Source: Lama glama (taxonomy: Eukaryota). From it: a DNA stretch of 64,000 nt. Shown here in pieces: positions 50,021 through 60,200 of this stretch. The notes beneath the pieces are model-generated. The model did not search any database, was not told the DNA's origin, and saw nothing but the letters and a program-made list of their open reading frames with translations. A program made the translations under genes and the position numbers. How positions within the stretch are numbered: position 1 is the stretch's first letter; the number at the start of each line of letters is the position of its first letter. The stretch is from positions 1,054,001 to 1,118,000 of the forward strand of contig CM052829.1 in the NCBI GenBank assembly GCA_028534125.1, written 5' to 3'.

Positions 50021-51664
50021 GATGGAGGGCAGCCTTCCTCGTCCCCAGTGCCTTGGTTAACCATTGATGTCTATCCTTTCGATTACAAAAGAGTAAAAAG
50101 CAAAACTACTCCATTTTCCAACCTCCTCTTCTCTTGCTATGCTGAAGCAAGCAGCAACAGCAGGGACACGGCTGTGTTAAGTAAATTGCAAAATATTAAA
50201 TAAATGGTCACTGAATGGACTTTCTTTCAGCTGTAGGCTTGAATGGTTCAAGTACCCAGATAATTGCTGGTGTCATTCTTTACTCTGCCGGAAATGACTG
50301 CCTTACCGAGGAAGGAGGCTTTGGGGCCAGTGGTTTGAATTTAAAGAATATTAAGCTGATGTTTGAATCTGTTCTAAACCAGTTGGGTTGCCAACTAGTG
50401 CCCGATTTTTCTTGGTTTCTTTCGTGGTAAATATCAGTCTACCAGTCATTGGAGGTGGCTGCAGATAAAAGTTAAGTTTCAGAAACATGAACAATTTTAA
50501 GTGTGCAGAAAAAAGATCTTTGCTATATAGATGAAAAGAGTGTGCATTTCATTAATGACACTGAGTGGAATATTCCACTCAAGACACAGAAGGGAAAAGC
50601 TCCACTTAAATTACATGAAGGGCAGAATAACAACCTGGTCATTAATTACGAGGACACAGACTGTCCATCGTCAAACTGAACATGAAGCTGCGTCACATCC
50701 ACAGAAGCACTTCTGGGTGAGAAAGAGCATGTGCGTCCCAGCTCCTGACAGAGTGCAGCACAGGGCGAGGACCAACGTCACCAGCATCAAATGACAGCAA
50801 CTGTTTCCAGGTGACACGGCAAGTGGCCATTTGGCTGTAAGGCAGTATGCCCGGGAGAGATGTGGCCAGAATGGCAATTTGGCTGGAAAGGATAATCTGG
50901 TTGAAAATGAATACTTCCTAACTGCTGAGTTTCTGTGTAATGGTCATTTTGGAGAATCACAAGGGCATGACGTAATCCTCTGCAAATTTTTTTCTGAATC
51001 TTTCAAACATGTTTTTCTAGGCTCTACTGTTTCTCAATAGCTTTCAGTTTTTTTTCATTCTTGCATTTTTTTGGTAAGACTGAAAATCAGGATCAAGCTC
51101 CCAATAATAGGGCTTAGTTGCAAAACTCTAAATGCAAAAATCTTGCGTGATTGTTTAAAATAAGTGTGATTAATATACATATTAATATATATAGCATACA
51201 TATCATGATGCCTTTTTGTACTGAAAGTCAGTGCACAGATATATGTATGTCTATATGCACAGAAATATATTTTGGAAAGCATAGATCTGGTCTGATATTG
51301 TCTCAGAATAAAAGGTCACATGTTATCTATGTTCTTTATCTAATTTCTAATATTTTTTAGAATAAAAGTGTACTGTTAAATAGTGAGCAAAAGCAATGGA
51401 AACAAACTGAAAAAAAAACAAAACTGTAACAGCTTAGATACTCAGAATGTTCCAACTTATCCCCTCCTGCAACTTTAGGTTTTTTGGACTTTTCACTATT
51501 TCAAATCACATAAGGTAGGAAAAAAAAAATGATAATAATTAAAAAAAAACTTACAGAAATTCTGCAAGGAAAAAAAAGGGGGGGTTTCAGAATCAGCTAA
51601 TTTTGGATCCAAATCCCCAAAGCTCTTCTTTGCCCAAACTGCCACTTATACCAAATTAGCTTAT

Positions 51665-52700
51665 TGGCGGGGGCGGGGTCACATGCTGTCTTCCTGGCTA
51701 CTGGGGAGACCGTCAAGCTCAGGCACGCCAGTTTACTCGGAGGGACGTGAGGAAGGCCACGCGAGATTCCGCGGTACCCGAGACCCTGCGGATGAACGGC
51801 GACACCCGGAAGGGGCTGTCCTCCGTGCCCCTGCCCCTCCTCCGGGAGCAGCCCTGCCCACCCTCTCCGCGTCCCCCGCAGGGCAGGACAGACGCCGCGG
51901 GCCCTCTCAGCGGGAGGACGCGGCTGCATCCCCTCGGCCCCTCTGCTCCCGCCTCTCGCGGCCCGTCCGTCCCGGGCGACGAGGAGGTGCGAAGCCGCCC
52001 CCGGGCGCGGAGGGCAGCAGCAGCGCCCCTGCAGCCCCGGGTGGCCCCGCAGAGGCGGCGCCCCGTCCGCGGGCACGCGGCACGCGGCCGGCCCCGGGGG
52101 CCGGCGGGCCGACCTCTGCGCACGGAGCCGGCGGCAGCGGTGCATCCTCGCGGCCTCCTCCCGCCGCTGGTCGGGACCCACGGGGTCCGCCGGGGCCGGT
52201 CCCCGCCCCGTCTCAGCCAGTCGAGGCCCCGCTGTGCAGGACGGGCCCGCAGGCTCGCGGCGAGACGCCCCCGGGGAGCTGGGGCTCAGCCGGCCCAGGA
52301 AGGGGTCCAGTCGGCGGCCGGTTCCCGCTCCCGGCCCCCGCTCCCGGCCCCTCCCTCGGCCCCCTGGCCGGCGGGCGCGGCTCGGCGTGGCCCTGCCCGG
52401 CGGCGCCGGGAACAGCAAGCCGCCCTCTCCCGGCCCCGGCCCGGCCGGCCGGCCGGCCTGGCCTCGGCTCGCGCGCGCGTCTGCTCCGTCGGCGAGGAAA
52501 CGAGGGAGCCCGAGGTGCCGGAGGCCCCGGACGCACTGCGGCCCAGCGGTGGTGTTTACAGGGACGGGCTCCGGGGTAGTTTTGGCTACAGCCAAGGGTG
52601 GGTATCTGGGTACGCGACCCGGAGGTGCTGGCCGCGCTTCAGCTCCCGAGGCCTCGTGCGGAGGGGACACGTGACATCTGCCGTGTCGTTCCGGCGGCAG
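51665..52700. promoter_or_regulatory. Intragenic CpG island in the SMOC2 intron between the 275-nt and 38-nt exons
   Basis: About 1 kb of extreme GC and CpG density, starting abruptly after an AT-rich block. ATTGG, GGGCGGGG and GTCACATG cluster at 51663-51685. Confidence 0.8.
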
Positions 52701-54800
52701 AGCAAGGCCGTCAGCATTCCCAGAAGACCAGCCTCTGTTCTTGCTTCCTCTGTTGAGCCTGCATTTAACTTGCTCATTAAAACCACAAAACTGGACTCTT
52801 TCAGAAACTTAGACTGGTTTCCATAATGGAAGAAGGGCCACTGTGGCCCCAGACAGTGCCAGGAGGTGCGGGGGGGACATGGCACCAACTGGGCAACAGC
52901 AGAGACGAGTCACCGGTGGGTGTCAGCCCCCTCCCTGGAGAACCATCAGACCCACGGGGCGGGGAGGCCACCGTTGCCCCACCTCCAGCTCCCCGGCCAC
53001 TGGCTCCCCCTGGGCTCCCCGTGATCCCCTGTGCCTCTGAGACGCCTGACTGCAGGGGTTTCTGTCTAAAACTGCAATAGGTCACTTGTCTCCTGGGACC
53101 CCACGGGGGCCCAAAGTGAATAAAAACACAGGACAAGTGAGGACGACTGTCCAGGCCCAGGAACCACAGGCAGTGTCAGATGGCAGCAGAAAGCCACCCT
53201 GAGCCCCCAGTAAGGGGACGCTGGGGGGGAGGTGGGCGCCTGGCTGGGTGGTCAGGCTTCCACCCCAAGGACCACGGGGGGCTGCAGGGGCAGCCAGGGC
53301 CGGCGGAGGCAGCAGGGCAGACTGTGAGCCCAGCGGGCGCCGGCTTCCTGTGGCCTGGCCCGTGTGCCTGGGCAACCATCCAGGGCAGTCCTGTTCACGG
53401 CGGGGAGTGGCCGTGTTCACACGGGGAGTGGCCGGAGGGCTTTGAACCCCACACCATGCCTGCAAAGGAGAATGAGGATAACCTCACCCACCCCACCCCA
53501 AGCCTGGTTGGGAGAAAAGGGACTGTGGGACCATGGGGCAGGACTGTTACAGGGACGTGGGAGCCCGGTGCAGTTGGCTCGAGTGGCTAGCCCACAGCGA
53601 GGATGCACTGGCCCTTCATCCCCTGACCCCTTGCTCGGGGGGAGGCCACCCCTCCCTGCCCGCCACAGACACTCAGCAGCACGCCCTGCCACACACGCGT
53701 CCCCACGGTGAGGGGCTTCTGAGTCTGACCCCATCTGAGGGCAGCAAGGACCCGCGTGCAGGGCGAAGGCGGAGAATCGCTCCCCCGCTGGAAGCGTCCT
53801 CATCCTCTCCCCAGGTAAGCTGTGTGAGCACGCGGATTTCTGCCATTGCCCCCCAGTCCAGACACTTCCAGGGTAACAGGAAGGGCAGTTAGTCTCAGAG
53901 ACCCTACATGGAGGTCTTCAAAAGAATACTCGGCCCCTCCAGGTTAACGTCTCACAGAGAAATCTCAGGCGTCCTTTCACAATCACACAGACCCAGCCTG
54001 GAAGCCGATTCAGTGGAGTTATGTTGAGTTTGATGACAAGTGCTGGGGGACACAAGCAAATAAAAGACGTGGTGGCTGCCTTCAGGAGGCCCACGGTCTG
54101 GGTCAGCCACCAGGGTGCCACGTCCCAGCCGAGCCGCAGACACAGGGAGGTGGGAGACCACCAGCTCCTGCTGCTCCAGCACCCACCTCCAGACTTGTTT
54201 TATCTTCCAAAGGGGTGACGAGTTTGGTAACAGAATAATAGTCATGAACCAGAGTCGATGGCCGAGGCCTCTGCACACCCCGCCGGCACCATGCGGTGGG
54301 AGCCAGGAGTGAGTCCGCACGCGTGCAGCCAGCAGGCAGGTGGCCGTGCACGTGGCCCTGAGCGCGCCGGCTCCCCGAGGTCGTGGGCCCCGCTGCGACA
54401 CAGCCCACACTCGGCCCCACCCCCAGAATAACTGGCTGGCTTGGGTGCGGATTATCTAGCTGCTTGTGAACTGGGCTGAATGTTTGGTAGGGGTCCCTGC
54501 ACGGGGCCCCCGGGTCACTCCCCCAGCTCCCAGGTTTCTACTGCGGCGTGGGAAGGTGGACGCTTGGGAAGGGCGGCCACCCCGACGGAACAGTGAGGCT
54601 GGTCCCAGACATCACTCAGGTCCCGGCTTCCCGGCCCGGCGTCCTTCTGACCCTCACGGAAGGTCTGCGTGTTTCTACAGACAGGTGACCGCGGTTTAAA
54701 GACACCTCAGCCTGTAAGGACAACCCCGACACTTCAACGGCCGACAGACAGCAGCAGGGACAGACGCGAGAGAGAGCAAAGCGAGGAAGAGGAGCCTTAC

Positions 54801-55075
54801 CGGGACGCCGCTTTGCGGGGGTCCGTCCTTCTTCCCTCGCCACACCCAGACAGCCCATCAGCTCTGGCAGGGAGACGGATCTGTCGTCGTTCACGTCGCA
54901 GAACTCCACAAACTTCTTCACGCACTTCTTGGGTTTGGATTTTTTCCGAAGGAACCTCTTGAAGGGCTTAATCTCTTTCTTGCCGATGTCCCCGCTGGCA
55001 TTTTTATCAAGCAGTCTGAAGTACCAGTGGACCACTCTCTCCTCTAGCGTGTGGCTGGGGTCCGGTTCGGAGAGC
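54801..55075 (-). CDS. SMOC2: SMOC2 coding exon (equivalent to exon 11), EF-hand pair: LSEPDPSHTLEERVVHWYFRLLDKNASGDIGKKEIKPFKRFLRKKSKPKKCVKKFVEFCDVNDDRSVSLPELMGCLGVAREEGRTPAKRRP
   Basis: Two EF-hand loops (DKNASGDIGKKE, DVNDDRSVSLPE) and the basic segment KPFKRFLRKKSKPKKC typical of SMOC. Acceptor ctcttccag|G joins the previous exon's AG to give Arg. Donor CCCG|gtaagg. 275 nt, phase 2 to 1. Confidence 0.97.
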
Positions 55076-56136
55076 CTGGAAGAGCACACAGGTCGTCAGG
55101 AGCCTGGCCCCACGCCATCTCTCCCGGCCCTGGCCCTGGTCTGTGCAGCGAGGGCTCCCCGGGCTCCAACTTGCCCAAAGGAGGACCCTCTTCTCGCCCT
55201 TTCAGTCCTGATGCCTAAGGCTGTGTGGATTTGCCATGAAATGATTTTTAAAAGTAACTTAGAAAAAGATTTAGCAAAAAGGTTTCAAGTTGGTTTCAAA
55301 ATTGCAGATGGTGCAGTGAACACGTGCATGTCCATGACGCGCTTGGCATTGGCAAGTCTTGAGGAAAAGCCCTGGGGAGGTAGACGGTCAGCTCATACAC
55401 CCCACCTGCAAAGCTGGGACCCCGAGGTTCTCTCCTCTTTCCATTGTGACTCCTGGGCCACGGGTAAACTGACAGGTGCACACTAGCATACATCAAAGTG
55501 GTAACTAGTCGTCTTTCCTTGGATTAAAAAAAGAAAAGCTTGACACTTTGAGAGAAATAAAAGCTCTCCCAGAAGGCCTGGCTTTGAGGCAGGTCTTTGA
55601 AACTGTCCCCATCACCCCAATGTGCCTCCTCACTAAGAGGAAGACGTGGGCGGGGGCTCCCACACCCGTTAGCCCTCCCTCCTCGGCTGGCCGTCAGCCT
55701 CTGTGTCCCCGTGAGTGCAGAGCGGCTTACACACCGAAAGTCCACAGGCACCAGGGCTACTGGATGCTATGGAACATTTTTCGGATGTTCAGAGGAGCTT
55801 CTCAAATAACAATTCATTTACTGCTTTCAATTGTGCTTTTACAGATGAGAGCCATCTTTCTAAGTGTTTAAGACGTCAACTTGACACTGGGGTGATTTTT
55901 CTGGCTTGTTTTGTTGTTTGACTTGCATCCTGATTCATCAGCACTGCCTTGTTTTTCTTCTCTTGTCTTAACTCTTAAGCAGACACAGAGAGAGGACAGC
56001 TTTGAACTATGGAGACCAGAAGGCTTTAGATCACCTAGAACAGATGAGATGATCGAGGCCTGGGGTGGGAGGGGAGGAGGGCTGGTGCTCTGAGGAAGTA
56101 AAGACAGTAGGATTCTCCATCAGAAACTGTGCTCTA

Positions 56137-56298
56137 GGGGCGGGGAGCGTGTGCTTAGCATGTACGAGGTCCTGGTTCAGCTCCCAGAACTTCACTAAAA
56201 ATAAATAAATAAACCTAATCCTCGCCCCCCCACCCCCCCGGCCAAAAAAAAAGGAAAAGAAAAAAATTAATGCTGGAGGTGCATTTTTAGAAAAAGAA
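56137..56298 (+). mobile_element. Vic-1-like SINE copy with the A-box region deleted
   Basis: gagcgtgtgcttagcatgtacgaggtcctggttc...aaataaataaacctaatc...ccccc...A-rich tail. Diverged TSD agaaactgtgctcta / agaaaatgtgcttta. Confidence 0.8.
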
Positions 56299-56539
56299 AG
56301 AAAATGTGCTTTAAAATAAAGAGATTAATATTGCTGCTAATGGACAGGGGAGAGCCAAAGCTGGAAACGCCACGTCTGTTAAACACTGGGGGCTTCCCGC
56401 CCACGAGGGGCCCACGGAGATGGAAGAGCTTCGGGGGATTTGCAGTCCATCTGGGAGCCAAATGCAGAGGCTTGGACCCAGAGCTGCAGAATGCCGGCAG
56501 CACGTGGAGCAAGTGTCTAGGGTCAGAAGCTGGGTTTTG

Positions 56540-56672
56540 GGGTGGGAAGGGTATAGCTCAGTGGAAGAGCGTGTGTTTAGCAAGCACGAGGTCCTGGGTT
56601 CAATCCCCAGCACCTCCATTAAAAAACAAACAAACAAAAAAGATAAATAAGCCTAACTACCTCGGCCCCCCA
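56540..56672 (+). mobile_element. Vic-1-like tRNA-derived SINE
   Basis: gggtatagctcagtggaagagcgtgtgtttagcaagcacgaggtcctgggttcaatccccagcacctcc, with the same tail structure as the 47.3 kb copy. Diverged TSD agaagctgggttttg / aaaagttagattttg. Confidence 0.88.
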
Positions 56673-56687
56673 AAAAGTTAGATTTTG

Positions 56688-56770
56688 AACTGTGTTAATG
56701 TAATGAATGCCACTGGACTGCAGATTTGAAAGTGGTTGAGATGGTACATTTTATATATATTTCACCTAAA
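56688..56770 (+). mobile_element. Old L1 (L1M-type) 3' end fragment
   Basis: tgtaatgaatgccactggactg...aaagtggttgagatggtacattttatat resembles the L1MA/L1MB 3' terminus. Confidence 0.55.
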
Positions 56771-57127
56771 GGAATTGAATTTTGAGAATCTTAAACTGAA
56801 CATTTTTATCAATGTATTTAAAATCCCATCCATAGCTCTGAAGTATGATTCCAAAGTGGGAAGCCCTCTGGACTGGGGCTCTTCCTTCCCAGTCTCCTCC
56901 CGCCCACCACCCCCGCCCCGCCTGAGGGAACTGGGGGAGATCCCAGGGCCGGGGCCCTGTCCCGTGGCGCTGAGTCCTCCCTGGTCTGATCGCCTCAGGA
57001 GAAAACCTGCTAAAGGAGTCTCCTCCGGACACAAGCAGTGGCCTCCCGTGCGGGGAGGGGACTCCTCTTCCCCCAGGCCTGCCGGCGCCTTGAGGCCGAG
57101 CTCCCCGCCCTGGGGCTCGGCGCGCAC

Positions 57128-57227
57128 CTGCCGGGGGAGGCGGGGTCGGAGACGGCGTGGACCATGTCCGTGGACAGCGCGTCCAGCACACTCGTCAGGA
57201 ACTCATTCTTCTTGGCTCCGGGGCAGC
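57128..57227 (-). CDS. SMOC2: SMOC2 coding exon (equivalent to human exon 10), start of the EC domain: (G)CPGAKKNEFLTSVLDALSTDMVHAVSDPASPG(R)
   Basis: Peptide nearly identical to recalled human SMOC2 GCPGAKKHEFLTSVLDALSTDMVHAASDP. Acceptor ttgcttttcgcag|GC (phase 1), donor GGCAG|gtgcgc (phase 2), 100 nt. Confidence 0.95.
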
Positions 57228-60200
57228 CTGCGAAAAGCAAAGGGCGGGCAGCTGTTCGCACTTCCCAGAGCGCAGGGAGCAGCGGGCTCCCTGGGACCGG
57301 GAGGGGGGCTCCGCAGGGGCGGGCCCCGCACCCCGGCGCGCGGGGGACCCCAGGCTCCCCGTGCGGCCCGACGCCGAGCCCACCCGGCTCCAGGCTGCCA
57401 GGCGGCCCGGCCGAAGGCTGCGCACGGCCCTGCGACCGTGCGACTGCGACTGTGTGCGGAACACACCGTGGGAAGGAGGGCACCGCACTCCCCCCTCCGA
57501 GCTCCCTGGACGCCCTGCCCCGCCGTCGCCCCTCAGGACGACATGGGGGAGGCAGGCAGCAGGCGGCCCCCCTGGACTCTGAGAGCAGGAGGAGCACCGG
57601 GCGCGGTCGGGCGGGTGCTGGGACGGCAGCCGGTCGGTCAGAGGCCAGCGTGTCTACGCAGTGACAGAGCCCTGGTTTTCATGCATTTCCTCCTGACACT
57701 GGAGTTTTCGTTTTCATCACTCACGCACACGATAGTTGCCTATAGCAGGAATCCACTAAGTCCAGGTCCCACTTGGTCACACGCACATGTGAGAAAGCAG
57801 CTGCGCGCCCCTGTGGGTGGGGGAACGCTGGAGGTGGAGAGTGAAACCAGAGCTGTGCACCGCCTCGCCCCTTGAACAGAAATGGGAAAGCCGATTCTGA
57901 TCTATAGAGAAACCCCCAGGAGCACTGCGAGAACGCCACTTTTCAAGTAAAAGGTAATTATCTCCTTAACTCTTCCCTCGGGAAGAAACAGAAGACTTGA
58001 GGCTGCAGGTGTGCCCGGGATGATCGGCAGGAGCGGGGAACTTCCTGCAGCCCGCCCGTGGCAGCTCCAGGCAGGACCCCGCCCGGTCCCTGCCTTGCCA
58101 CTGTCCGAGAGCGGCACGCTGACCGCGAAGAGGAAAAGGAACAGCGGGCAGGCCTGCAAGTGCCCCTGCTCCCGGCCCAGGAGGAGCACGGCGGCCGGGG
58201 CACTGTCCGCCAGCTGACTGCAGGAGACTGTCATAGCCCCTCAGCAGGGATGTCCCCGGGGGGCGCACAATCCACCCGCTCTTGTAACCCCAGGGCCTGT
58301 GAATTCCCACACGCCCTGGCATCCAGATGCCCAAGGAGGGACGTGGTGTAGATGCAGAAACACACAGGTGTCTAGGGAAGGACTGAGCTGATTAAGCACT
58401 GCTCAGGGCTGAACAGCTGAGTGTGACTTCAGCGGGGGTCTACCCAGGTTGCGTTTTGCTGTTAATCTAATCATATCCCCCAAATGAGGTAAAATAACAC
58501 AAGATTTTTAATTAGAAAGGGATACATATTCATCGTGAAACCCAAGACTAACAGCATCTAAAAGCTTTAGAACATTTTAATGAAAAAAGTTACCGTAAAA
58601 ATTTAATCTTCACCTAAAACAAGAAATATGAACTCAATCCTGCTGTCCTGGTTTGTTTTTCACTGCGGTGTAAATTACAGACTGAAACGCACCATCTTCC
58701 TGCTAAGGATCATATTTCACAGCTGAGAGGTACTTCAGCCCCAAAAAGGATCCTTCTCATGTTTATTGGCAAAGACACTGAACTCCATTTGAGTAAAGAA
58801 AAGGAAAAAGTGATTGAGGCCCAGAGAGACAGAAGGCGGCACCTCCAAGACCAGGTGACCTCCGTCCCACACTCTGCGGACACACAGACTTTGGTCTGAA
58901 TAACCAGGAACCACACACCCCAAGTCAACTTGCTGATGAGTGCTGCGTTTTCTCCACAAGTGCTGGCTGGGCCCCAGAGGGAGGCGCTGGGATTCGGTGG
59001 TGAGCGCCCCTCCCAGACGCACCGGACCCCAGCTGGCAGGCCCACGTGCTCGCCTCCCTCGACGGGAAGGCAGAGATGCCGGGGGACCTCGAACTTTGAG
59101 AAGCATGCCTGCAAGTTTCAAGTACAACCACAAACGGAACAGGAACACCAGGGTCACTTCCAAACAAGTGCAGGAATGAAGGGGGATGGGGTGGCGTTCA
59201 TTATGATGGCATTCCTGGAAAACAGTCCCCAGGCGTCCAGGGTCCGGGTGGGAATCGGAGGCCAGCGAGAGCCAGGACGGGGGTGGCGGAAGGACCCCAG
59301 CTCTGCTCACTGACTCTACTTCAGCTCCCAGGGCTGAGCACCTCTGGGGGTTGCTTTTCCCAATGGGAATGCGAGGTTCTGGGTCATGTTCATCCTGACA
59401 CGATGTTTGGAAAAATGAGGAGAAATCAGAAAGAAGACTTAGGGAGCTCATTATTAAGAGGAGAGTTTTCATAATTGGAGAAATGACAGAAGGAAAGTGA
59501 AATCAAAATTCCTCCCTAGGAAATGCACGCGGCCTCTCAGGAGCGGCAGAGCTGGGGGTGAGAGGGACCCGCCCAGGCCACAGAGGGAGGCGCAGTCTCC
59601 CCCCAGCCACGCCCTCGGCTGGCGGACGCCGTGGGGCCCGGTGATGCCCGCAGACCATGCCTCGTGACCACACAGCCTCCCGCAGCCTGGGCTCACCTCA
59701 GCGAGTCGTCCAGCAGGACCCCGAGTGTCCACCTGACAGGACCCCAGGCTGACAAAGGCGCCGGCCTCCTCCCAGCACCCCACCCCCCGTCTGCCGGCAC
59801 GGCCTCCTTCCCACACATCTTGTGTCCTTGAAACCATAGCCCGCAGGCTCCGTGACACAACACAGAGTCACTCTTTATTGAGGGGCAGCTCCACCTGCAA
59901 GCTTGTTCCCTGCCGGACGTAGAGCAGAGCTCGGGCCGGGGCAGGCTCCGCACAGGGACGGCCCCCACCCGGAACACCTGCCGCTTCCACCAAGACCGCG
60001 TAGAGAAATGTTTGCAGAGGGAGGAAACCGGGCTGTCCTTTTCAAAGCTAGCAGCTGTATCACTACCACAGTTGATTTACAAATCCGTGGCAACATAGAG
60101 CATACAGCTTGGCTTGAAGACACGCAGTTGATTTCATTCACCTGCAGAATCCGAGTCAAATACTGACACCCTGTTAGGTTCCCGTGCCGGGTTTGGCCCT

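Noticed and set aside
51566-51584. Retroviral polypurine-tract-like A/G run at the CpG island edge
   Set aside because: Not followed by a TG-starting LTR, and no retroviral ORFs or paired LTR nearby.
51597-52826. Overlapping 298-359 aa ORFs on both strands
   Set aside because: Pro/Arg/Gly/Ala low-complexity products with several frames open at once, as expected from stop-codon scarcity in a CpG island. They are also intronic to SMOC2.
56736-57875. 379 aa plus-strand ORF
   Set aside because: Starts in an L1 relic with a non-ATG codon and runs antisense over a SMOC2 exon in GC-rich DNA.
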